64,000 nt of DNA from Caldilineaceae bacterium (GTDB lineage Bacteria; Chloroflexota; Anaerolineae; Caldilineales; Caldilineaceae), in the NCBI GenBank assembly GCA_965208365.1, contig OZ242330.1:3431031-3495030 (forward strand). The letters run 5' to 3'. Below, piece after piece: positions 40,279 through 49,454 of the stretch; position 1 is the stretch's first letter; each line of letters begins with the position of its first letter. The position numbers were made by a program, and so were the translations under genes. The notes under the pieces were generated by a model. That model did no database searches and was not told where the DNA came from. It saw only the letters and a list, made by a program, of their open reading frames with translations.

Positions 40279-41124
40279 ATGTATCGATCGCTCAATCCCA
40301 ACATGCTTGGGCACCGCCTTGGTTTCGCGGAATCCTGTGCCGCGGCCCGGAAACATGGTTTTGAAGGTGTGGACATCGCAGGCTCCGAACTGAAGGAACT
40401 GGGTGCGTCCCAGGTGCAGGACATCCTCGAGAGCCACAATCTGGTGCCCGGCATCGTCATGTTGCCGATCCGGTATACCGGCCCCGAGGCGGTTCTGGCA
40501 GGGGACTTGACCAGGGATTTCGCGGACACGGCCGATGCGGCCTACGCTGCCGGCTACACCCGCACGACGACGGTGGTCATGCCGGGCAGCAACGACAGGG
40601 ACTTCAAGACCAACTGGGACTTTCACGTGGTCCGGCTCGGTTCGGTTGCCGCAGCCCTGGAGTTCCACGGACTGAGACTGGGCCTGGAATTCATTGGTCC
40701 CCGCACCCTGAGGGATACGTTCCGCCATCCGTTCCTGCACACCATGGACTCGGTGCTGGGACTGGCGGCAGCCCTCGACTGTTCGAATGTGGGGCTGCTG
40801 GTGGACCTGTTTCACCTGTACACGTCGCACACGCAGCTGGAGGACGTGGGCGGTCTTACAAGCCGGGACATCGTTCTCGTGCACTTGAACGATGGGCAGG
40901 CCGGCCTGGGGCCGGATGAACAACTGGATCTGGTCAGGGATTTGCCGGGCGCGAACGGAGTCACCGACTGTGCCGGATTGCTGAGGCAGCTGAAGTCGAT
41001 TGACTACGACGGCCCCTGCTCGGTGGAGCCGTTCCTGCAACGCCTGCGGGACGCGACGGCCGACGAAGCCATTGCCGAGACAAGCACAGCCTTGGGAGCC
41101 TGCTGGACGGAAGCGGGACTTTAA
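40279..41124 (+). CDS. Sugar phosphate isomerase/epimerase-family TIM-barrel protein
   Basis: From MYRSLNPNMLGHRLGF..HGFEGVDI ... GLEFIGPRT ... VHLNDG. This resembles the xylose-isomerase-like TIM family. The longer track ORF (from 39877) has an implausible N-terminus. Confidence 0.65.
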   Translation: MYRSLNPNMLGHRLGFAESCAAARKHGFEGVDIAGSELKELGASQVQDILESHNLVPGIVMLPIRYTGPEAVLAGDLTRDFADTADAAYAAGYTRTTTVVMPGSNDRDFKTNWDFHVVRLGSVAAALEFHGLRLGLEFIGPRTLRDTFRHPFLHTMDSVLGLAAALDCSNVGLLVDLFHLYTSHTQLEDVGGLTSRDIVLVHLNDGQAGLGPDEQLDLVRDLPGANGVTDCAGLLRQLKSIDYDGPCSVEPFLQRLRDATADEAIAETSTALGACWTEAGL

Positions 41125-41209
41125 AGGGCTCGGTCCACCGAGACGGTCCCGAGTGTCGCCGATCCCTTTGGTGCCGGACGCCGGTCTTCATGCAGGCAAT
41201 CCGGGAATC

Positions 41210-41238
41210 AAAAAGTGGGGTGTATCCTCACCTTTTTT
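41210..41238. terminator. Bidirectional intrinsic terminator between convergent genes
   Basis: AAAAA-GTGGGG-TGTAT-CCTCAC-C-TTTTTT. An A-run and a T-run flank the hairpin, so it could serve both the plus-strand isomerase gene and minus-strand acpP. Confidence 0.6.
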
Positions 41239-41255
41239 CGATGTCCGGATTGGGT

Positions 41256-41489
41256 TCAGCTTTGATTGTCGAGGTAGTTCACGACATCGCCCACTGACTG
41301 CAACGCCTGTGCCTCTTCGTCGCTGATCTCGCTTTCGAACTCTTCCTCGAAAGCCATGATTAGTTCGACCAGGTCCAGACTGTCGGCATTCAGGTCGTCC
41401 CTGAAGTTGGAATCCATCTGAATCTCATCGGAATCGACATCCAGATGATCAACGATGATTTCCTTGACCCGGTCAAGTGTAGAGCTCAT
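41256..41489 (-). CDS. acpP: Acyl carrier protein
   Basis: 77 aa. The phosphopantetheine site is in [28 protein letters not shown] upstream. Confidence 0.9.
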   Translation of the reverse strand: MSSTLDRVKEIIVDHLDVDSDEIQMDSNFRDDLNADSLDLVELIMAFEEEFESEISDEEAQALQSVGDVVNYLDNQS

Positions 41490-41747
41490 CGGTCAGTCTC
41501 CCGGCTTCAGCGGCGTTGTAGGGCATCCTTGGGCCCGACCGGGTCCAAGGGGCAAGGGCAAAGCATGCGGGACGCCTGACTTCAGGTCCCTGCACAGTGC
41601 CGAATCCTATAGGAGTGCCGGAGCCGAAGTCAACAATAACCGAGGGCTTTGTGCCCCTACGGACGGGGTTGGTCAATGCACGCGGCAACACCGCTGGCCA
41701 GGCCCTGCAACCGTTCGTCCGGCCTGGATTGCCGATGGACAAACCCG

Positions 41748-42809
41748 ATGAGTTCCCAGAACCGGAAAGACGATCACATCCGCATCAACCTCGCCGAGGA
41801 CGTGGAATCGGAACGGGTGCACAACGGTTTCGAACGGTATCGGATTCGACACTGCCCTTTGCCGGAAGGCGATCTCGAACGCGTGGACACTGGGACCCAA
41901 TTCCTGGGACGGCGCTTGACGCTGCCATTGCTGATTAGCTCCATGACCGGCGGCACGGACACCGCCAGTCGGGTAAACCGGAACTTGGCCGAGGCGGCGC
42001 AGCACCGGCGCGTTGCGATGGGGGTTGGCAGCCAGCGCATCATGGTGGAAGAACGCCAAGCCGCTCGCAACTGGCGGGAATTGCGGCGCGTGGCGCCGGA
42101 TGTGCCACTACTGGCCAATCTGGGTTTGGTGCAACTGAACAAGGGGTTCGGACTTGCGGATTGCATTCAGGTGGTGGAGGTGATCGAGGCCGAGGCCCTG
42201 ATCCTGCATCTCAATGTTCTGCAGGAATGCGTGCAGCCCGAAGGCGACACCGACTGGACAGGCCTGCTGGCGAAACTCGAGCAGGTGTGTCGGGAGTTGC
42301 CGGTACCCGTGATCGTGAAGGAAGTCGGGTGGGGCATCGATGGCCGCACCGCCCAACGCCTGCTTGAGGCAGGCGTCGCCGGCATCGATGTGGCCGGCGC
42401 CGGTGGTACGTCTTGGAGCGAGGTTGAAATGCACCGGGCCGGGACGCGGCGGCAACAAAGGATTGCGGCTGCATTCCGGCATTGGGGCACGCCGACCGCC
42501 GAATGTCTGCAGGAAGTCGGTGCCATCGTCGGCGACCGTTCCGCAGGATTGGACAGGCCGATCGTGATTGCGTCCGGCGGGGTGCGTTCGCCGTTGGATA
42601 TTCTAAAGTCCTTGGCCTTGGGTGCGGATCTGGCGGGAGTGGCCGGGCCGCTCCTGCGCAAGGCGGTGGAGTCCGCGGAGGCTGTCGTCGAGGAACTGGA
42701 GATATGGGACTCGGTACTGCGCATAGCCATGTTCTGCAGTGGATGCTTCGCCGTGTCGGATGTGGACCGGCGGATTGTGGTTCCCGCCGAACCGCCATTC
42801 ATTGGATAG
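41748..42809 (+). CDS. fni: Isopentenyl-diphosphate delta-isomerase, type 2 (FMN-dependent)
   Basis: RKDDHIRINL, SSMTGGT, MGVGSQR, LHLNVLQECVQPEGD, VIVKEVGWG and IASGGVRSPLD parallel B. subtilis Fni. ATG at 41748. Confidence 0.9.
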   Translation: MSSQNRKDDHIRINLAEDVESERVHNGFERYRIRHCPLPEGDLERVDTGTQFLGRRLTLPLLISSMTGGTDTASRVNRNLAEAAQHRRVAMGVGSQRIMVEERQAARNWRELRRVAPDVPLLANLGLVQLNKGFGLADCIQVVEVIEAEALILHLNVLQECVQPEGDTDWTGLLAKLEQVCRELPVPVIVKEVGWGIDGRTAQRLLEAGVAGIDVAGAGGTSWSEVEMHRAGTRRQQRIAAAFRHWGTPTAECLQEVGAIVGDRSAGLDRPIVIASGGVRSPLDILKSLALGADLAGVAGPLLRKAVESAEAVVEELEIWDSVLRIAMFCSGCFAVSDVDRRIVVPAEPPFIG

Positions 42810-43071
42810 CGGATTTCGCCTTTGGTGGTCTGTCAATCCTGGTTGGCGGAAAGCCCGGCGCCATCGGGGTTCCGGGGCAACATTGACGGTACAGGGTGGC
42901 CGCGGTTCCGGAAACAAAGGCGACAGTCATGGTTCAACACCCGATGCCCTTTCCTGCCGGAACTTGGGAAGAGACAAGACATTGCTCCCGATTGGAGCGC
43001 GGTCACCGAGGGGAGAACTCCCAATCATCGACGGCCCAGCCATAGACATCGAAGAGTGCAAAGGGACGAAA

Positions 43072-44124
43072 ATGGCAAACACCACTCTCGAAGCATTGCT
43101 CGCTGACTGGCGCATCATGGTGGAAACCTCATTGCGGGAACACCTCGCGAGCCCGGAACCCGTCCTGGATCCGTACATGGGCATGATGCACTACCACATG
43201 GGTTGGGTGGACAGGGAGTTCCGGCCGATTGCTCGTTCCGTTGGCAAACGTTCAAGGCCCTTGCTCCTTCTGTTGGCGTGCAGGACCTTGGGACTTGACG
43301 CGGAGAAGGCTCTGCCGGCAGCGGTCAGTGTGGAACTCCTGCACGCTTATTCCCTGTTGCACGACGACATCGAGGATGGGGACGAATACAGACGGCACTC
43401 CCCGACTGTCTGGAAGATTTGGGGAATACCCCAGGCCATCAACGTGGGAGATGGCCTGTTTGGCTGTACATTCCGAGCCATGGCCGGGTTGCATGGCACC
43501 GGATTCGGATCGGATACCGTGGCTGTTGCCATGTCCATGCTGATTGACACCAGCATTGCCCTGACGGAGGGCCAGTTCCTGGACATTGACTTCGAACAGC
43601 GCACCCGCCTGTCACTGGATGACTACACGCGCATGGTTCAGGGCAAGACCGCAGCCCTGTTCGGAACCTGCTTGGCGTGCGGCGCGCATCTCAGCACCAA
43701 CGATGGGCCGATGCGCGAGCGTTTCAGGCAACTGGGTGAACAGACCGGAATCGCTTATCAAATGCTTGATGACATAAATGGTATCTGGGCCGATGAAGAC
43801 GATACCGGCAAGGCACCCCATCAAGATATCCGACGCCGCAAGAAATCGTTTCCGATCGCGCTTGCGTTCGCCGATCGGGATATTGGCGAACGCATGGTCG
43901 CGTTGTACAGCAGGGACATGACGGCCGAGAACGTGGAGGCAACCCTGGTGCTGCTGGCCGCGGCCGGTATCAAGGAACGATGTCTGCACTTGTACGGACG
44001 CCAACTGGATGCGATCCGCCAGACTCAGGAAGAGATTGAACACGCGCTTCACTTGGAAGGCAGGCCCGTTGACCTGCTAGAGGAATTCATCGGCAGACTG
44101 TTGTCCGTGCCCGACTTGAAGTGA
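43072..44124 (+). CDS. Polyprenyl diphosphate synthase (GGPP/FPP synthase family)
   Basis: First Asp-rich motif is LLHDDIEDGD. The second motif region reads YQMLDDINGIW (DDxxG rather than DDxxD). GKAPHQDIRRRKKSFPI follows. ATG at 43072. Confidence 0.8.
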   Translation: MANTTLEALLADWRIMVETSLREHLASPEPVLDPYMGMMHYHMGWVDREFRPIARSVGKRSRPLLLLLACRTLGLDAEKALPAAVSVELLHAYSLLHDDIEDGDEYRRHSPTVWKIWGIPQAINVGDGLFGCTFRAMAGLHGTGFGSDTVAVAMSMLIDTSIALTEGQFLDIDFEQRTRLSLDDYTRMVQGKTAALFGTCLACGAHLSTNDGPMRERFRQLGEQTGIAYQMLDDINGIWADEDDTGKAPHQDIRRRKKSFPIALAFADRDIGERMVALYSRDMTAENVEATLVLLAAAGIKERCLHLYGRQLDAIRQTQEEIEHALHLEGRPVDLLEEFIGRLLSVPDLK

Positions 44125-44336
44125 GGACATGCCGGTATAGGCGAAGCATCCGGGTTGTCGCGTCCACCGGATGGCTCAGGCGTGTTTCCACCTGCGCTCG
44201 GTTATGGCGGTTGTTCGCTTGGTTCAATCTCAGGATTGGCACGCCCCGAAGCCATCTGGCAGTCGTCCGAAGGGGAATTTCAGTGCCAGCCGCACGGCAA
44301 CAAGCCAACTCGCCGGGTGCAAGTTGGCCGAACATC

Positions 44337-44364
44337 AAAAAGGGCTGGCATTGCCAGCCCTTTG
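44337..44364. terminator. Hairpin terminator between convergent polyprenyl synthase and por genes
   Basis: AAAAA-GGGCTGGC-ATT-GCCAGCCC-TTT. On the minus strand the stem is followed by TTTTT, just downstream of the por operon stop. Confidence 0.55.
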
Positions 44365-44387
44365 GACTTGATTGACGAGAGGGGGGG

Positions 44388-46010
44388 TCAGCGCACGCCG
44401 GCCATTTCCTGGAGCATGCGCCAGTTGGCAAGACGGTCGGCCTGGGAATCCATCAACGTTTCCGACGGGTTTCCCTCGCGGTCGAACTGCTTGGCGAAGC
44501 GACCCTCCGAACGGGCGAAGGTGATGAAGTCAATTGTCTCGCCGGTCTTCGGAATGGTGTACCAATCCTCTTTGGCCGCGGGGTTGCCCTGCAGGCTCAA
44601 CCGCTCCTTGATGGTATCTCCCTTGCGCGGGTCGTAGACGAACACGGGGAATGCCCGGCTGTCAACTGCCAGCTTGGCTTGGTGGCGAGCCATGTCGTCG
44701 GCCACACCGTGTTCCGGCTGACACGTGGTGAAGGTGTTTACGATGGCCGGACCGTCAAAGGATGCCGCGTCCAGGATGCACTTGTAGAAGTGGTTGGGAA
44801 TGGAGGCTACCGTCTGCGACACGAAGGTGTTGGGATGCATCATGGCGATGCGGCCAATTTCCTTGCGCAATTCCGTTTTGCCGGGCTTCTCCTTGCCGTA
44901 GGAGTACATCTTGGAGTCCTGGCCCGTATAGGACCCGGTGCTGGTCTGTCCTCCGGTGTTGGAGTAGACCTGTGTGTCCAGGATCAGGACCTTGATGTTC
45001 ATGCCGCTGGACAGCATTCGGCTCAGCGATTGGAAGCCGATGTCCAGCATGGCCCCGTCGCCGCCCATGACCCAGAGCTGCTTGTTCTCCCATCCCTGCT
45101 GATCCCACTTCATGCGAATGCCCATGGCAAAGGCGGGACCGTTCTCGAAGAGCGAATTGCTCCACGGAACAATGTAGGGGTTGTAGGGATAGGTGCTGCC
45201 ATAGACCGTGTTGCAGCCGGTGCTGGCGGCGATGCCGATGTTGTCGGCTCCGTACACGTATCCCAGGGCCGCCAGCCACATCCGGATGACGGTGGCTTCG
45301 CCGCAGCCGGCACAGGATCCCGCACCGCCCACGTAGAGCATGCTCTGCTCCGCCAGCATCATGTCGACGGCAATGCGCTCGTTGATGAATTCGTCCGGCG
45401 TTGCGGGCAGGGACCGGAAGAAGTCGATGCTCTTCTGGTAGATCGGCACCGTCGTGTCTTCCTTCTGGATCATCTTCAGGGCGTTGTAGCCCAGATCCGC
45501 GCAGGCTTCGACGCACTCGGCGCAGCCTTTGCACTTGGTGGGATCGATGAAGATGCCGAACTTGCCCGGATCCTTTTTGCGTTTCTGGGGCACCTTGAAG
45601 AACTTGTTGGTTTCGGCAAACTGGTTGGCCATGAAGCCGCGTTCGGCTTCATCGGTCAATTCGGCCAGGGCATTGTCCAGGACGTCCACCTTCACAACCT
45701 TGCCAAGGATGGCCGTGTCGGGGCACTGGTTGACACAGCTCATGCAGCCGGTGCAACTGCTTTCGATGTACTCTGGAATCTCGGGGGCGATGTAGCTGAA
45801 GTCGCGGGCTGCGCCGGTGCCGGCCGGGATCACGGATCGCGCGACGCCTACATCCGCCGGGAGATGCAGTTCCCCGGAGCCGTCGTTGTAACCCTGGACG
45901 ATGCGGTCGAAGAAATCGTTGACGTCCACAATTGTGGCGTCGAGACCTTCGCCGGAACCGTTCTTGGTCTTGCTAATGGAGGCAACGTCGATTTCGTTAG
46001 TGGTTACCAT
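44388..46010 (-). CDS. Pyruvate/2-oxoacid:ferredoxin oxidoreductase, fused delta (2x[4Fe-4S]) + beta (TPP-binding) subunit
   Basis: Ferredoxin motifs CTGCMSCVNQCPDTA and CKGCAECVEACADLG. TPP motif MGGDGAMLDIGFQSL...LDTQVYSNTGGQ. ATG with GGGAG RBS. Confidence 0.85.
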   Translation of the reverse strand: MVTTNEIDVASISKTKNGSGEGLDATIVDVNDFFDRIVQGYNDGSGELHLPADVGVARSVIPAGTGAARDFSYIAPEIPEYIESSCTGCMSCVNQCPDTAILGKVVKVDVLDNALAELTDEAERGFMANQFAETNKFFKVPQKRKKDPGKFGIFIDPTKCKGCAECVEACADLGYNALKMIQKEDTTVPIYQKSIDFFRSLPATPDEFINERIAVDMMLAEQSMLYVGGAGSCAGCGEATVIRMWLAALGYVYGADNIGIAASTGCNTVYGSTYPYNPYIVPWSNSLFENGPAFAMGIRMKWDQQGWENKQLWVMGGDGAMLDIGFQSLSRMLSSGMNIKVLILDTQVYSNTGGQTSTGSYTGQDSKMYSYGKEKPGKTELRKEIGRIAMMHPNTFVSQTVASIPNHFYKCILDAASFDGPAIVNTFTTCQPEHGVADDMARHQAKLAVDSRAFPVFVYDPRKGDTIKERLSLQGNPAAKEDWYTIPKTGETIDFITFARSEGRFAKQFDREGNPSETLMDSQADRLANWRMLQEMAGVR

Positions 46011-46067
46011 GAAAACTCCCTGACGCCGGGCGCCGGGTGGCAGTGGCGGCGGTCTGTCAACAGCAGC

Positions 46068-48125
46068 CTAAACGAACAATTCAATTTGGGCGGAAGGATC
46101 GAACTTGGGTGCCGTGACCTCAAGGGCCTTGGTCTCCGCAGACAGTTCGATAACCGAGTCGTAGCCGCGCTTCACGGCTTTGAGGTTGGCCTGCACAACC
46201 GCTTCGCCGCGCTTGCCGAAGTATTTGCGCAATGCACTCTCGGCCCTTTCCATCACCTGCGGGTAAGTCAGATCGGCTTCCTCGGAGAATGGGGTCACCT
46301 TTAGGAAAATGCCCAGTAGCACAATGCCCTGCATGCGCACCGACAAGTCCGGAATGGGCGCTTCTTCGCGGGCAATCAAGGCAGCATCCGCCGCGAACAC
46401 ACGAATGTCCAAGTCGCGTATCTTGGTCTGCGAATCAGGTGGAATGTCCGCCCAAATCTCAACCGGGTCCGTCTTCGAGGTCTGGACAAAGATGGCCCCG
46501 CCTTTCAGGATGCCACTGAGCGGATTGCCGGACACGAAGGCGTTGATGTCGTTCATGGGAACGAAATCAACGTGGTTGAGCTCGCAGTGCGTCAGGATCT
46601 GGTCGTTCGCCACCGTCAGGTAATAGGTGGTGGGCAGACCCTTCTTCTCGGATCCGTACTTCGGATAGGCCTGCACCTTCTTGTTGAAGACGTCGCCGGC
46701 AATCGTGGCAATCACCTTGTTGGTGGTCACGGAGCCGAAACCGCCGACGGAGTGGCCGCGCATCGAAAAGGCTCCCGGAGGCCGCAAGTCAGGATCGTGC
46801 TCCGGTGGCAGGGTCAAGTCATGGTCCACACCCAGGACAAAGAAGCGCTGGTGCCCTTCAAGCATGTTGCGGACGGTGGCCGCAAAGTCGGCCGGCCGCA
46901 CATCGCGGCTGCCCAAACCCGCAATCCCGCAGAAGATCTGTGGAATCCGCGTAATCTGTGGGAAGTCGGGATGTCCCATCATGGCGTCGCCGAACGCAGC
47001 CTTGATGTCGTTGGCCAGCGGATTGTTGGGGGCCAGCGCGTCGTCCATGCGTTCAATGATGCTGAAGGCCTTGAGGCCGGCCAGGGCCTCGACCAGTTGA
47101 CGGCCGGGGAATGGCCGGTAGCAGGTGACGTGCACGATGCCCAGCTTGATGCCGAATGTCTCGCGCAGGTAGTCGATGCTGGCGCGGGCGGTCTCGATGT
47201 AGCAGCCGATGCCCACGATGGCGTAGTCGGCGTCTTCCATCCGGTACTGTTCGATCACGTCGTACGGCCGACCGGTGAGTGCGGAGTACTCCGCGAACAC
47301 GTCGTCAATGATGCCGGGCAGACGGTCGTAGTAGTTGCGCTGGGCTACGATGCCCTTCATGTAGCTGTCCTGGTTCTGGACAACTCCGGTCATGATGGGG
47401 TTCATGGGATCGAAAAGGTTGGGTATCTTGTCCCCCGGAGGCCCCACAAACTCCTCGAGGAGTTCGGACTCGGGCAACAGAACGTCTTCCACCGTGTGGG
47501 TGGTCAGGAAGCCGTCCTGCACGTTCATGATGGGGGTAAAGCCGTCTTCGGCGATACGACGGCTCATCACCGCCAGGTCGCCGGCATCCTGTGCGTTTTT
47601 GGCAAAGAGGATGCCCCAGCCGCAGTCCGCCACGCACATCACATCGTCATGCCCGGCATGCACGTTCAGGCCCTGGCGTGTGATGGCCCGCGAACCGATG
47701 TGGAACACCACGGGCAGGCGCTTGCCGCTAATGGTGTAGAGCACCTCCTTCATTAGGACCAGGCCCTGGCCTGAGGTGAAGTTGCTGACGCGCCCTCCCG
47801 CCACGGCAAAGCCCTCGCAGGCAGTGGCCGCGCTGTGTTCGGATTCGGGTTCAAGGAACTTTAGCGGCTGGCCCCACAGGTTGCGGGCACCGTTGGCCAC
47901 GGACGCGCCGTAGCCGCCGCCCATGGTCGTGGTTGGGGTAATCGGATAGGCGCAGGCTCCCTGCGTGATTTGGGTTTCAACCCACGTGACCGTCCCGGAA
48001 CCATCGGAGGTGGTCTGAATGCCGGGGAAACGCGGTTTGGGCTCCGCACCGTTCAGGTTTCCGCTGCCATGGGATCGCCCGTTGGCCGACAGATGGCCGT
48101 TGCTGGAAATCTTTCGCATAGCCAT
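46068..48125 (-). CDS. Pyruvate/2-oxoacid:ferredoxin oxidoreductase, fused alpha + gamma subunit
   Basis: 685 aa. The N-terminal region resembles the POR alpha pyrimidine-binding domain (GACAYPITPTT..., EHSAATACEGFAVAGGR). A C-terminal gamma-like domain is present. It sits immediately upstream of the beta-type subunit. Confidence 0.85.
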   Translation of the reverse strand: MAMRKISSNGHLSANGRSHGSGNLNGAEPKPRFPGIQTTSDGSGTVTWVETQITQGACAYPITPTTTMGGGYGASVANGARNLWGQPLKFLEPESEHSAATACEGFAVAGGRVSNFTSGQGLVLMKEVLYTISGKRLPVVFHIGSRAITRQGLNVHAGHDDVMCVADCGWGILFAKNAQDAGDLAVMSRRIAEDGFTPIMNVQDGFLTTHTVEDVLLPESELLEEFVGPPGDKIPNLFDPMNPIMTGVVQNQDSYMKGIVAQRNYYDRLPGIIDDVFAEYSALTGRPYDVIEQYRMEDADYAIVGIGCYIETARASIDYLRETFGIKLGIVHVTCYRPFPGRQLVEALAGLKAFSIIERMDDALAPNNPLANDIKAAFGDAMMGHPDFPQITRIPQIFCGIAGLGSRDVRPADFAATVRNMLEGHQRFFVLGVDHDLTLPPEHDPDLRPPGAFSMRGHSVGGFGSVTTNKVIATIAGDVFNKKVQAYPKYGSEKKGLPTTYYLTVANDQILTHCELNHVDFVPMNDINAFVSGNPLSGILKGGAIFVQTSKTDPVEIWADIPPDSQTKIRDLDIRVFAADAALIAREEAPIPDLSVRMQGIVLLGIFLKVTPFSEEADLTYPQVMERAESALRKYFGKRGEAVVQANLKAVKRGYDSVIELSAETKALEVTAPKFDPSAQIELFV

Positions 48126-48298
48126 TGCTGCGTTTACCCCTTGTTACTACTCCGACAACGAACGCGCGCGGGCGCGCGTCACGGAACCAATCCGACCCGA
48201 TTCAATCCTTGAATCCAGGCTGTTCAGCCATGTTTGATGATAACACAACAAACAGTGCCGTCTTGGGCAAAATCCGTGGCCGAAACAGTGACCAAATA

Positions 48299-48682
48299 TC
48301 AGCCTCGGGGAGCGCACCGGATGTTGGAGGTATGCCGATCATCCAAAAACCGTCGAACTGTCTGGACTACTTCCTGTTTTGTCATCGGCGAGGTTTCTAT
48401 GACAAGGTCCGCATGCGCCAGAGCATGGGCCAGCCTCGCTAACTCCTCCCGGTGGCCGGCCTCCGTATACCGCCCCCACGGGCGTCTGGACAACTGGGTT
48501 CCCAGGTCCGCATGCAGGTATATCAGAATGTCGGGTGGATGCAGTCTTCGCCACATGTCCTTGACATAACTGTGTTCCTGGCCGGTGCATCGGGCGCGCA
48601 TGCCCAACTGCTCCAGGGTCGCCACCAAGGTGGACTTCCCGGCCGCGCTGACCCCTACAACCTTGATGAGCGGATGCTGCAT
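48299..48682 (-). CDS. Small P-loop NTPase (127 aa), function unknown
   Basis: Walker A VGVSAAGKST at the N-terminus and a candidate Walker B ILIYLHAD. ATG start. Confidence 0.55.
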   Translation of the reverse strand: MQHPLIKVVGVSAAGKSTLVATLEQLGMRARCTGQEHSYVKDMWRRLHPPDILIYLHADLGTQLSRRPWGRYTEAGHREELARLAHALAHADLVIETSPMTKQEVVQTVRRFLDDRHTSNIRCAPRG

Positions 48683-48720
48683 CCCAACTCCAGTCTTCCG
48701 GCCCCCAGCCGGATCGGCTC

Positions 48721-49440
48721 CTATCCCAAGGGAAAACTGACTGTCATATGCCGCGCGTCATCCCGTTCGCTACGGCCCAGGACCTTCACGACCAGCACCG
48801 TCAGGTCGTCCCGGGCGCGGCCTTCCTCAAGGATCAGGGCGGTGTCGAGAAGCAGTTGGGCGAGACGGTCCGCCGGCAGACTGCCGTCGGGGTCCGCTTC
48901 ACAGACCAAGGCCGGCAGATTCATGCGGTCCTGCGGATGGCGGCCGGCTTCCCACACCCCGTCCGAGGCCGCCACCACCATGCTGCCGGCCTCGATCGGC
49001 AGCTCGGTGATGTCCGGCCGTGTATTGCGGTGGATGCCAATGGCCTGACTATGGGCCTGCAGCAGTCCCTGGCTGTGGCTAGTCCGGAACCAGGCCGGGC
49101 AGTGGCAGTTGCGGGAGACGACAAGCGTCCAGGAGTCCATGTCGATGCTGACGATTTGCAATTCGGCGCTCACCTGGCCCCGTCTATACGTGCGAAGGTA
49201 GTCGTGCGCCGCCCGCGCCGTGGCTCCGTCGCGCACGCCTTCGGCCAACAGGGAGATGGCCTTGCGCACCACGAGGTTGCTGATGTTCTTGGCGCTGCGG
49301 CCGCTGCGCTGGCCGTCGGCCAGGACCGCGCTCAAACCGCCGTGCGGCCTTTCGACCACCTCGACCGTGTCCCCGCTTTCGCGCGTGGCGTATTTCGGGA
49401 TTTTGGAGACTGCGAGCTGGACGACGGGAGCTGGGGCCAC
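48721..49440 (-). CDS. PP2C-family (SpoIIE-like) serine phosphatase, stand-alone catalytic domain
   Basis: GDTVEVVERPHGGLSAVLADG..G, MVVAASDGVWEAG and ARDDLTVLVVKV resemble the SpoIIE/PP2C motif order. GTG start at 49440. Confidence 0.6.
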   Translation of the reverse strand: MAPAPVVQLAVSKIPKYATRESGDTVEVVERPHGGLSAVLADGQRSGRSAKNISNLVVRKAISLLAEGVRDGATARAAHDYLRTYRRGQVSAELQIVSIDMDSWTLVVSRNCHCPAWFRTSHSQGLLQAHSQAIGIHRNTRPDITELPIEAGSMVVAASDGVWEAGRHPQDRMNLPALVCEADPDGSLPADRLAQLLLDTALILEEGRARDDLTVLVVKVLGRSERDDARHMTVSFPLG

Positions 49441-49454
49441 AGCGGAGAATCGGT

